NCBI GenBank assembly: GCA_038870455.1
Contig: JAWCPB010000001.1
Location: 3,734 to 67,733, forward strand
Direction of reading: 5' to 3'
Origin: Candidatus Micrarchaeia archaeon
GTDB taxonomy: Archaea; Micrarchaeota; Micrarchaeia; Burarchaeales; JACRGF01
Length of the DNA stretch: 64,000 nucleotides
In this document: positions 47,818 through 56,167 of the stretch, in pieces
How positions within the stretch are numbered: the stretch's first letter is position 1
Layout: every line of letters begins with the position of its first letter
Notes under the pieces: generated by a model
The model's input: only the letters and a program-made list of their open reading frames with translations
Databases searched by the model: none
Told to the model about the DNA's origin: nothing
Program-made: the position numbers and the translations under genes

Positions 47818-48903
47818 CTACTTTCTTTCAATTTTATAAAATCTATGGCTTGTTGTCCTCGCCGGGAAAAGCCTCTCTCTTATTTTGATTTGAATCTGGC
47901 TCCCGAGAGGCAAATCCACGGGAACAAAACAAAAGCCGATGGGCTTGCCGAGCGTCGGGGAGAAAGTGCCGCTCGTCACCACGTCGAATTGTTTCCCGTT
48001 CACGAAAACCTCGTTGCCATGCCTGGGGACAGCGCGCTCTAGAAGCTCAAACCCCACCAGCTTGCGCTTTGGAGGGTTTGCGAGAAGCGCCCCTTTGCCG
48101 ATGAAATCCCCTTTGTCGAACTTGACCGTCCATGCCAGGGGCGCCTCGAGCGGGGTGATGTCATCCGTTATGTCGTTCCCATACAGCATGAGGCCCGCCT
48201 CAAGGCGCAGCGTGTCGCGCGCGCCCAGCCCGCAGGGCTTTATGCCGAACTCCGCGCCGGCTTCCATGAGCGCGTGCCACATCTTTTCAGCATGCTCGGG
48301 GGAAAAGTAAATCTCGAAGCCGTCTTCTCCAGTGTAGCCTGTCCTCGAGACGAGGCAGGGCACGCCCGCGACAGGAAATTCGGCGAAGTGGAAGTAGGCG
48401 ATGGAAGAGAGGTTGAAATCGGTGAGCTTCTGCAGAGTCGCCTGTGCCTTAGGCCCCTGCAGCGCGAGCTCCGCTACCTCGCTGCTGATGTTGCGCAACT
48501 CCGCCCCCTGCCGATTGTGTGCGTTCATCCAAGCCCAGTCCTTGTCGGTGGTGGAGGCGTTTACCACAATGAAAAAATCGTCGGCTTTCCGGCGATATAC
48601 GAGCAGGTCATCCACAACACCCCCTCGCTCGTTGCACATTGGGGAGTAGAGGGCCTGTCCGTCGGCGAGTTTTGAGGCATCGTTTGTGATGATGTGCTGA
48701 ATGAAGGCGAGCGCGTTTTCTCCCTTCACTTCAATCTCCCCCATGTGCGAAACATCGAAGAGCCCCACTGCTTTTCTCACGGCATCGTGTTCTTCTATGA
48801 TGGAGGAATACTGTACGGGCATCTCCCACCCGCCGAATTCCACCATCTTGGCGCCCAACGAACGATGGATGGCGTTGAACGGTGTGCTCTTCATCGGAAC
48901 CAC
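47818..48903 (-). CDS. gcvT: aminomethyltransferase (glycine cleavage T protein)
   Basis: TPFNAIHRSLGAKMVEFGGWEMPVQY, GcvT fold. 361 aa. Confidence 0.92.
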   Translation of the reverse strand: MVPMKSTPFNAIHRSLGAKMVEFGGWEMPVQYSSIIEEHDAVRKAVGLFDVSHMGEIEVKGENALAFIQHIITNDASKLADGQALYSPMCNERGGVVDDLLVYRRKADDFFIVVNASTTDKDWAWMNAHNRQGAELRNISSEVAELALQGPKAQATLQKLTDFNLSSIAYFHFAEFPVAGVPCLVSRTGYTGEDGFEIYFSPEHAEKMWHALMEAGAEFGIKPCGLGARDTLRLEAGLMLYGNDITDDITPLEAPLAWTVKFDKGDFIGKGALLANPPKRKLVGFELLERAVPRHGNEVFVNGKQFDVVTSGTFSPTLGKPIGFCFVPVDLPLGSQIQIKIRERLFPARTTSHRFYKIERK

Positions 48904-48946
48904 GCTCTCGGGAATGATTTAAAGTCATTTTTTATAATTACCTGTC

Positions 48947-50296
48947 ATGACCTCGCTCACCTTTTTCGGTGGCGTGAATGAGATAGGCGGCAACAAAATA
49001 CTCATCGAGGACCGAGCTACGCGCGTCTTCCTTGATTTTGGCCAGTCCTTTACGCTGCTTGATGGTTTTTTCGTGCCCGAGGCCTTCCTCAAGCCCCGCG
49101 AGCGGTTCGGCCTGCGCGACCTGCTCGCGCTCGGCCTCATACCGAGCCTTCCCGGCCTTTATTCAAAAAAGGCGCTGTCGCACTCAGAACTGAAATTCAG
49201 CGACCCCAAGTTCCACGGCATCTTCATCACACATGCGCACTTTGACCACGTGGCGCACCTCGAGTACCTGCATCCAGAAATCCCCATTTACCTCGGCGAG
49301 TGCACAAAGCTCATCTTGGACTCGATGCAGCAGACCATGGCCGGCGTGGAGCTTTACTCCGAGGAAAACAAGATTGAAACCTTCAGGACTGGCAAGGAAA
49401 TCAGGGTGGATTCGATTTCCCTCAAGCCTTTTCATGTGGACCACTCGGTCCCGGGCGCATACGGCTACATCGTGGCAACGAGCGAGGGCACGATGGCCTA
49501 CACCGGCGACCTGCGCATGCACGGTCCGCGCGCCGACATGACGGGCGAGTTCGTGGAAAAGGCGGGCGAGAGCGATGCCGACGCCCTCATCATCGAGGGC
49601 ACGCGCGTGCAGCCCGAGGAAAAGAGAAAGAATCACTCCGAGCAGGTGGTGTTGGAGGAGTCGATGAGGCTGGCGCGCGAGAGCAAGGGGTTCATACTCG
49701 CCATGCGCTACCCGCGCGACATAGACCGCTTCCGCACCTTCTATACGGTGGCTAAGGCGACGGGCAGGCAGCTCGTGATCTCGACAAAAACAGCACATCT
49801 TTTGCGCACGCTTCAGCGAGACCCACAGCTCAGGCTGCCCGACCCCCTCTCGGACCCCAACCTGCTCATCCACGACAGGCGCCTGCTCAGGCCCGGGCTG
49901 TGGGAGGAGCCCTTTCTCCAGCATGCCGTAACCTCGGGTTTTATCCGGGAAAATCAGTCAAAGCTGATTGTTGAGCTTGACTTCTATGCCCTGCCCGAGC
50001 TCATCGACATCCGCCCCGCGGGCGGAGACTGCATTCACTCCATGAGCGAGCCGTTCGAGGAGGATCCCCTCTCTCAAATTTCTGACGAGGTGCTCGACAA
50101 CTGGCTGAATCTGTTCGGCTTAAGGAAACACCAGCTGCATGCCTCCGGCCATGCCAGCAAGAGCCAGATTTTCGAGATGATTGAAAGGATAGGGCCGAAG
50201 AAAGTCTTCCCAATACACACGCTGAACCAGAGCCTATTCAGAGAAGCGAACGAGAAAACAGTGGTGGTGGAAAAGGGGAAAAAATACATTCTGTGA
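48947..50296 (+). CDS. rnj: ribonuclease J (archaeal beta-CASP metallo-beta-lactamase RNase)
   Basis: MBL motif HAHFDH and beta-CASP motifs (...HASGHAS). About 450 aa, typical of archaeal RNase J. Confidence 0.85.
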   Translation: MTSLTFFGGVNEIGGNKILIEDRATRVFLDFGQSFTLLDGFFVPEAFLKPRERFGLRDLLALGLIPSLPGLYSKKALSHSELKFSDPKFHGIFITHAHFDHVAHLEYLHPEIPIYLGECTKLILDSMQQTMAGVELYSEENKIETFRTGKEIRVDSISLKPFHVDHSVPGAYGYIVATSEGTMAYTGDLRMHGPRADMTGEFVEKAGESDADALIIEGTRVQPEEKRKNHSEQVVLEESMRLARESKGFILAMRYPRDIDRFRTFYTVAKATGRQLVISTKTAHLLRTLQRDPQLRLPDPLSDPNLLIHDRRLLRPGLWEEPFLQHAVTSGFIRENQSKLIVELDFYALPELIDIRPAGGDCIHSMSEPFEEDPLSQISDEVLDNWLNLFGLRKHQLHASGHASKSQIFEMIERIGPKKVFPIHTLNQSLFREANEKTVVVEKGKKYIL

Positions 50297-50314
50297 TTTT
50301 TGGCGCGACACGAA

Positions 50315-50953
50315 TTAGGCAGGAACCGTCTCATTCCTGTAAAGAGTCACGCTCCTCGTTTTCGTTACATTGGCCTTCCTGGGGAGCTCAGCGTAATGCA
50401 CGCCGTCGTGCGGGAGGATTGTTATCCGCACGTTGCCAAGGTCGATGTAACAGGAGTAGGGTCCGACATACTGCTCGGGCTTGAAGATGCCCGACGGCAG
50501 GACCACCTCGCGGCCAGACAACGCGTACATCTCGGTCACCACGTTGCTCACCCGAAAGTGGAGGTTGTGCTGCGGCGCGCTGTCCATCACGCCATCATAC
50601 TCAGCATTGAAATACACGTGAAACGGGTTGGGGTTTGACAGCACGAGCGAGGCGGCGCATTCCTCCTCGCTGTCAGAAACGTTCTGCGAGCGCACGATGG
50701 ACAGGTTCTTCACCTCCACATTCTGCGGGCCCGCGAGCACGCGCGCCATGAGCTCAACCTCTTCCACATAAGTTTCATTGACTTCATAAGGAACGAGGAC
50801 CGTGCGCGTGGCCGGGGTGATGTTTGCAGGAGGCGCGGGCGGGATAATTGGCGGCGTGGCATTCTGCGTGACGTTCGGCGCTGGCGGGGGCGGGAGAAGC
50901 GGGCATCCCAGCAGGAGCATGGCGATGGCAGCCACGAGCGCGAGGCGTTTCAT
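50315..50953 (-). CDS. secreted lipoprotein-like glycoprotein, hypothetical
   Basis: Internal start MKRLALVAAIAMLLLGCP (signal + lipobox), a Pro-rich linker, and several NxT/S sequons. The ORF-track N-terminus was discarded. Confidence 0.5.
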   Translation of the reverse strand: MKRLALVAAIAMLLLGCPLLPPPPAPNVTQNATPPIIPPAPPANITPATRTVLVPYEVNETYVEEVELMARVLAGPQNVEVKNLSIVRSQNVSDSEEECAASLVLSNPNPFHVYFNAEYDGVMDSAPQHNLHFRVSNVVTEMYALSGREVVLPSGIFKPEQYVGPYSCYIDLGNVRITILPHDGVHYAELPRKANVTKTRSVTLYRNETVPA

Positions 50954-51008
50954 TTTCCCTATTGCACATTGAAAAGCTATCTTTAAATACCAATAACTGC
51001 ATAAAAAA

Positions 51009-52007
51009 TTGCTCGTGCAACAAATCACCAAAAGGGAGGCAGCCCGCATCCGCTTCGCCGCGCGTGTTTTTGCCGGTGGCACAAACAAAGATACAGAGGA
51101 CTTTGAACGCATTCTGAAAAAGCTCTATGTGGGGGAAGGGCTCGAGAAGAGAAAAACAAAGCCCACTGAGATAGATCCGGACATCGTGGCAGGAAACAAA
51201 CTTGCTCTGAAAATTAGAGAACACCCTCTATACGACGAAATTCGTAAGCTTCCCATTGGAAACACAGCGGATCGCGTGACGACTTCTCTTGTTTTTTATT
51301 ACGGCATTGAAGGCGAGGATGTTCCGAGGGCCAAAGATTTCGTGAACGCGCTGCTGGAAAAGAACCCGGCCATTAACGAAAGCCCGGCCAAAATCTACGC
51401 TGGCTTGAAGTCGCCATCGGACGACATTGCCGCGGGTGCGGCCGAAAAGCTCTTTCTCACGCGCTCGCCCAGCGCGCCGCGCATTCTTCTCGCAATGTTG
51501 GCCAGCAGCGCCCGTTCGGGCCGTGCGACGCTGCTTGAGAAGGTCAAGGGCCTGCTGGCAGAGGCTGCGTTGCAGTCAGAAGAAAATTTCAGGAAAATCT
51601 CCATAGGGCTGGCGCGGCTTATTCCAAAAGGAGAGGAAGTCAGGAAGGCCGCCGAGGAAGTGCTGTATGCGCTTTTCTGGCACGACATTCCGGCCTTTCT
51701 CACATCGCTTAAGGAAAGCCGGCTGGCAAAAACGATCATCGCGGGAGGGACGGTCACAGCGCTCGTTGGGCTGGCCCACGCAGGAAGCGAGGGGGTTGAG
51801 GCCGCAAGAGCTCTTTTGGCCAAAAACTTCTGGGGGGCGCTAGCTAACGTCGTCTCGATGGCGCTTAATCTGGTTCCCGCCGCTTTTGGCGCGCTGTTCG
51901 CCAACAAATATCTCGCATCCTACACCGAGCTGGCCAACGATGTACAGACGCTGATAGGCGAGGCCTGGAGAAAAGCGGAAGCGTTCCTTTCCGCCAAAGT
52001 CGCGTGA
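51009..52007 (+). CDS. hypothetical protein (alpha-helical)
   Basis: 332-aa ORF with a TTG start. No recognisable motif. Confidence 0.4.
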   Translation: MLVQQITKREAARIRFAARVFAGGTNKDTEDFERILKKLYVGEGLEKRKTKPTEIDPDIVAGNKLALKIREHPLYDEIRKLPIGNTADRVTTSLVFYYGIEGEDVPRAKDFVNALLEKNPAINESPAKIYAGLKSPSDDIAAGAAEKLFLTRSPSAPRILLAMLASSARSGRATLLEKVKGLLAEAALQSEENFRKISIGLARLIPKGEEVRKAAEEVLYALFWHDIPAFLTSLKESRLAKTIIAGGTVTALVGLAHAGSEGVEAARALLAKNFWGALANVVSMALNLVPAAFGALFANKYLASYTELANDVQTLIGEAWRKAEAFLSAKVA

Positions 52008-52022
52008 GGCGTGCCGCAAGAC

Positions 52023-53567
52023 CTACTTTTTTCTTCCCTTAAACAACACCGCTAGGTCTTCCTCAATGCTGGCGGTGCTCTTCTCGCTTTCGGTGAGCTT
52101 TCCCTCGATTTTCTCGCGTCTCTCCTCGAGCCTGCGCAGCCTCTCGCCAGCGCTCCTACCGCCCTCCATCTGCTTGAGCAGCTCCTCAAAGCGCGCGCTG
52201 ATTTCCTTGCTTTCCTGAATCATCTGCGCCAGGCTCTTCTTGGCAGCATCGGCCTTGGCGTTCAGCGCCTCTTCCTTCTTGAGCACCTGTTTGACCTCGT
52301 ACTCATGGCTCTCGCTGAGCTCCTTGAGCTCCTTCAGGTACTTCCGCACGAAGCCCGTTTCCACGGCTTCCCTCAGGGCATTGAACTCGCTCTCGTTTTC
52401 CTTCACGTACGCAGTGAACTCGCCGAACTTCCTCTCGTACTCCTTTTGATAAGCGCTTATCCATTCATCGACCTTGCGCAGCTCGGCGATGGCCTTCTCG
52501 AGTTCGGCCACGCGCGCGTTCTCGCCATGCAGGCGTGCCCTAGCGTCGTCAATGCGCTTCTTGGTTTCGGCCTCGCTCTGCTTGAGCTTGGCGAGCGTTT
52601 CCTCCATGTCCTTTATTCTCGCGTTCTCAAGCTCGATGCGCTCCCGGGCTTCCTTGATGTGCGCCTTCGTCTCGCGCTCGATGTCGGACAGCCTGGCGAG
52701 CGCGTTCTCCATGTCGTCAAGGCTGGCCGTCTCCTTGGCGATGGTCTTCCTCGCCTCCTCCGAGCTCCTGGTCACGCCGGCCTGCAGCTCGCGCAGCAGG
52801 CTCACGGTCTGCTGTATCTTGCCGGTGGTCTCGTCGAGCGCCTTCCTGGCCTCCTCCTCCTTCTGCTTCAGCTTGAGCACGTCCAGCTCGACATTGCTTA
52901 TCATGTCCGGAATCTCGATGGCCCTCTGGCGCAGGCGCAGAATCTGCGTTTCCTTGGCCTGCAGGCGGTCTTCGAGCGCCTCCAGCTCGGCCTCGAGCCT
53001 TTTTGCAATGGGCAGGTAGGCATCACGCACGAGAGTTTCGCGCTCGCTCTTCAGCTCCTCAATCTCCTTGGCCTTCTGGTTGATTTCGGAAATCTTCGCC
53101 TTGAGCGCCTCGGACAAATCGACTATCTCCTTGGGCTTGGCCTCGCGCGCCGGCGCGGGCGTCTTGGCCTCAGGCTTTGCCTCCTCGGCCTTGACCGGCT
53201 TCTTTATCTCCTGCTGAATTTCCTTTGCTGACGAGAGAAGCCTCTCGAGCTTTTCCTCAAGCTGCGGCTTTTCCCTCGGCGCTACGGCCTGGGAGAGCGT
53301 CGGGAGCCTCGCCTCGCCCTTCCACACGGCGTAAGCGCGCGTGAGGTGATACTCTATCCTGACGAGGCCCTGTTCCTCGAGCACGCGGCACCACTTCTCG
53401 ACATCCCTCGTCCCGAGGCCCGTGCCCTTGGCGAGCTCGCTGACCTCGACGCGTCCCTTTTCCTTGAGCAGCCTCAGCACCCTGTCCACGTCAGTGCTGA
53501 TGAAAGCATCTTCCTTCGTCACGCAATCCCCCCACACATCAGAACCAACCGATGACTTTTCCGTCAA
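52023..53567 (-). CDS. winged-helix plus long coiled-coil protein, hypothetical
   Basis: N-terminal wHTH-like region (VLRLLKEKGRVEVSELAKGTGLGTRDVEKWCRVLEEQGLVRIE), then ~400 aa of heptad-repeat coiled coil. TTG start inside repeat copy 1, so the true start is uncertain. Confidence 0.6.
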   Translation of the reverse strand: MTEKSSVGSDVWGDCVTKEDAFISTDVDRVLRLLKEKGRVEVSELAKGTGLGTRDVEKWCRVLEEQGLVRIEYHLTRAYAVWKGEARLPTLSQAVAPREKPQLEEKLERLLSSAKEIQQEIKKPVKAEEAKPEAKTPAPAREAKPKEIVDLSEALKAKISEINQKAKEIEELKSERETLVRDAYLPIAKRLEAELEALEDRLQAKETQILRLRQRAIEIPDMISNVELDVLKLKQKEEEARKALDETTGKIQQTVSLLRELQAGVTRSSEEARKTIAKETASLDDMENALARLSDIERETKAHIKEARERIELENARIKDMEETLAKLKQSEAETKKRIDDARARLHGENARVAELEKAIAELRKVDEWISAYQKEYERKFGEFTAYVKENESEFNALREAVETGFVRKYLKELKELSESHEYEVKQVLKKEEALNAKADAAKKSLAQMIQESKEISARFEELLKQMEGGRSAGERLRRLEERREKIEGKLTESEKSTASIEEDLAVLFKGRKK

Positions 53568-53620
53568 CGCTTTTGCCGGATCGCCGGCAAAAGGGTTGTA
53601 TCGTTGGTTCCGATACCTCC
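53557..53620. repeat. 64-nt double-hairpin element, copy 1
   Basis: TTTTCCGTCAACGCTTTTGCCGGATCGCCGGCAAAAGGGTTGTATCGTTGGTTCCGATACCTCC. Hairpin 1 is CTTTTGCCGG/CCGGCAAAAG; hairpin 2 is GTATCG/CGATAC. Confidence 0.8.
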
Positions 53621-53673
53621 GAACCGCGGGAACCTACGGTTCCCCCAGTTCCAGGTTCCTCCTGACCCCTCCC

Positions 53674-53737
53674 TTTTCCGTCAACGCTTTTGCCGGATCG
53701 CCGGCAAAAGGGTTGTATCGTTGGTTCCGATACCTCC
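53674..53737. repeat. 64-nt double-hairpin element, copy 2 (identical)
   Basis: Exact duplicate of copy 1, separated by a 53-nt spacer that itself contains the hairpin GGGAACC/GGTTCCC. Followed by TTTTT. Confidence 0.8.
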
Positions 53738-53741
53738 TTTT

Positions 53742-54272
53742 TCATGCAGCGCCCGCAGGCGCGGCGATTATCGAAAACCTCCCGGGAAGCTTGAGCTTTG
53801 CCCTCCTCAATGCTTCTCTCGCGTGGCCAGCTTTCTCGGAAGTGGTTGAGAGGCGAAAGATCACCTGCCCCCTGTGCACCCTCGCCCCCCTGTCCGTGGG
53901 CCTGCCGTAAGCATGACGCATGCCCTTCTGCAGGCGGTCAGCACCCGCGCCCAGAATCATCTTGTTCTCGCGGATGACGTTATGCGGATAGACATCCACT
54001 TTCAAGAAATACCCGCCCGGAAGCGTCTTCTCCAAGTACTTGTTGGCAGCCTGCCGGGCGCTCTCAAGCGCATTGTCCCTCACCTGCACGCCCTCCTCGG
54101 CGACAAGACGGAAGAGCGAGTCGAAAGCAGGGTTCGCCTGTCCCATGGCATAAATACTGACGGCGTTGTGCGGCAGGGCCTTTACGAAGCTCTTTCTGGG
54201 CATTTTCTTGGAGTACCTGGTCCAAGCCGCTTTGTTCAAGCTCCTGCAGGTTCTCGCAGGCCGAAGGCCCAT
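53742..54272 (-). CDS. rpl10e: 50S ribosomal protein L10e (uL16)
   Basis: MGLRPARTCR..., NKMILGAGADRLQKGMR, RVHRGQVIF, and ALRRAKLKLPGR match uL16/L10e. Confidence 0.9.
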   Translation of the reverse strand: MGLRPARTCRSLNKAAWTRYSKKMPRKSFVKALPHNAVSIYAMGQANPAFDSLFRLVAEEGVQVRDNALESARQAANKYLEKTLPGGYFLKVDVYPHNVIRENKMILGAGADRLQKGMRHAYGRPTDRGARVHRGQVIFRLSTTSEKAGHAREALRRAKLKLPGRFSIIAAPAGAA

Positions 54273-54369
54273 GATAGACACCTCTATTCACAAAAGGCGT
54301 GCTAACATTAGCCGCGAGGCATATATAAAGATAGCGATTTCGTGCGCTTCAAACCACACGGCTCCACCA

Positions 54370-54789
54370 TCACGCTTTCCGTATGCTGGCGATTATCCTC
54401 GAGGTCTTGAATATCCTGCCGTTCAGGCGCTCCCTGATCTTCACGAGCCTTATTCCTTTTTTCCTCAGATTGGCGAAATCGCCTATGGGCTGGTCGTAGC
54501 CGAATGCTATTATGTCGGGCTTAACGCGCCGGACCACGGCGAACTTGTCGCGCGGGCTTCCGATGACGACCTTATCCACGGGCTTCAAGGAGGCGACTAT
54601 GCGCGCCCTGGCTTTTGCGGAGTGAATGGGCTGCCTTTTTTTGACGCGCCTAACCGTGGCATCCGCCGCGATGACCACCACGAGGACGTCGCCGAGCTTC
54701 TTCGCCTTCTCGAGAAAGAAAACATGGCCCGGATGCAGGATGTCGAAAACACCGCCCGTGAGTACGACTTTTTTCTTTTTCCCCGGCAT
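54370..54789 (-). CDS. cytidylyltransferase-family nucleotidyltransferase, probable FAD synthase RibL (or PPAT-like)
   Basis: VVLTGGVFDILHPGHVFFLEKAKKLGD resembles the archaeal RibL / (H/T)xGH nucleotidyltransferase family. Confidence 0.7.
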   Translation of the reverse strand: MPGKKKKVVLTGGVFDILHPGHVFFLEKAKKLGDVLVVVIAADATVRRVKKRQPIHSAKARARIVASLKPVDKVVIGSPRDKFAVVRRVKPDIIAFGYDQPIGDFANLRKKGIRLVKIRERLNGRIFKTSRIIASIRKA

Positions 54790-54793
54790 CCTC

Positions 54794-56167
54794 TCAGCCC
54801 AGTTTTTTCTTCAGCAGCCTGGCCACGATGGCCGGGTCCGCTTTTCCCCTCGTCTTCGCCATGACCTTGCCCGCGAGAAAGTTGAGCGCTCTGGCCTCGC
54901 CTGCCCTGTAGTCCTCGCCGGCCTTCGGATGCTCTGCCAGCACTTCCTCAACTATTTTTGCAATCTCGCGCTCGCTATCGATTCTCGCCAGCCCGCCGGC
55001 CTCTGCCTCCGCCTTTGCTGAAGAGATTTTCTTTTCAATGAGTTTGATGAGGAGTTCTTCCGCCACTTTCTCGGTTATTTTTTTGGAGAAAAGAAGCTCG
55101 AGGAGCTCGGAAACTTGTTTTTCGGACAGGCCCGAGTCTTTGAAGGCCAGGTTCCTCCAGTTCAGTTGTTTCTTGAGCGGGCCCCGCATCCAGAAGGCGA
55201 GCTCCTGGGGAGGGAATTTTTTTGCCAGCGACTCGAATAGATCGGCGAGCTCTTTTTCAGCAACAATAACCCACGCATCCTCCTCCCTTATCCTGTGCTT
55301 CCGCGCAATGCGCGCGCTCCTCTGCCTCGGAAGCTCGGGCAGGCTGAGGGAAGCGACAAGCTGCTGTGGGATGACGAGCGGGGGGATGTCGGGATCCGGG
55401 AAGTACCTGTAGTCTTCGGCGGCTTCCTTCTTCCGCAGGCCGATTGTGATGCCCTGCGCCTCGTCGTAGTGCCGCGTTTCCTGCGTCACCGCCATGCCCT
55501 TGGAGAGGAGGGCCTTCTGTCTGAGAATCTCGTAACTGAGTGCGGTGAATACTCCCTTAAAGGAGTTGATGTTCTTCACCTCGACGCGGCTTCCGCCCGC
55601 GAGCGAGATGTTGGCGTCGATGCGCGTGGAGCCAGCCTCCTCCCTCGCGGCATCCAGGTAGCCGAGTATGGCGGCCAGCTCTTCGAGGAAAGCGCGCGCG
55701 GCCTCCGGGGAGCGCAGGTCGGGCTCGGTGACGATCTCGACGAGCGGAATGCCCGACCTGTTGTAATCCACGAGGCCCTTCTTCAGCTCGTACCTGCCCG
55801 GGTCCTCCTCGAGGTGGAGCTCGCGGATGCGCACGCCCCCGAGCTTTCCATCGACTGCTATGGGCTTGCTGGTTCTCTGGTAGCCTGATGGCAGGTCCGG
55901 GTAGAAGTAGTGCTTTCTCTGAACGTGAATGGGCTTGCCCGTGAATATTTTCGCGCCGAGCGCGCGCGCCGTCCTCAACAGGTTTTCGAGCGCGCGCCGG
56001 TTTACGGACATGGGCTTGGCGCCCGGTTGGCCGGTGCAGACGGGGCAGACGTTCGTGTTCGCCTCCATCCCCTTGTAGCCCGCCCTGCAGGGACAGAATA
56101 GCTTGGCCTCGCTCTTGAGCTGCACGTGAATCTCAAGGCCGATGAGCAGATCTCTTGTTTCAGGCAT
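54794..56167 (-). CDS. gatB: aspartyl/glutamyl-tRNA amidotransferase subunit B
   Basis: IGLEIHVQL...CPCR...CPVC N-terminus and a C-terminal GatB/YqeY domain. Confidence 0.93.
   Translation of the reverse strand: MPETRDLLIGLEIHVQLKSEAKLFCPCRAGYKGMEANTNVCPVCTGQPGAKPMSVNRRALENLLRTARALGAKIFTGKPIHVQRKHYFYPDLPSGYQRTSKPIAVDGKLGGVRIRELHLEEDPGRYELKKGLVDYNRSGIPLVEIVTEPDLRSPEAARAFLEELAAILGYLDAAREEAGSTRIDANISLAGGSRVEVKNINSFKGVFTALSYEILRQKALLSKGMAVTQETRHYDEAQGITIGLRKKEAAEDYRYFPDPDIPPLVIPQQLVASLSLPELPRQRSARIARKHRIREEDAWVIVAEKELADLFESLAKKFPPQELAFWMRGPLKKQLNWRNLAFKDSGLSEKQVSELLELLFSKKITEKVAEELLIKLIEKKISSAKAEAEAGGLARIDSEREIAKIVEEVLAEHPKAGEDYRAGEARALNFLAGKVMAKTRGKADPAIVARLLKKKLG

Noticed and set aside
53557-53737. 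Possibility that the duplicated 64-nt element is a CRISPR array
   Set aside because: There are only two units, the repeat length of 64 nt is far above the CRISPR range, and the spacer is not unique-looking. No cas genes or leader are present.
53422-53910. ORFs 53422-53910 (+) and 53539-53745 (-) containing a duplicated peptide PFSVNAFAGSPAKGLYRWFRYL
   Set aside because: The duplicated peptide is simply the translation of the two 64-nt hairpin repeats. The ORFs overlap the 3' end of rpl10e and have no coding signal.
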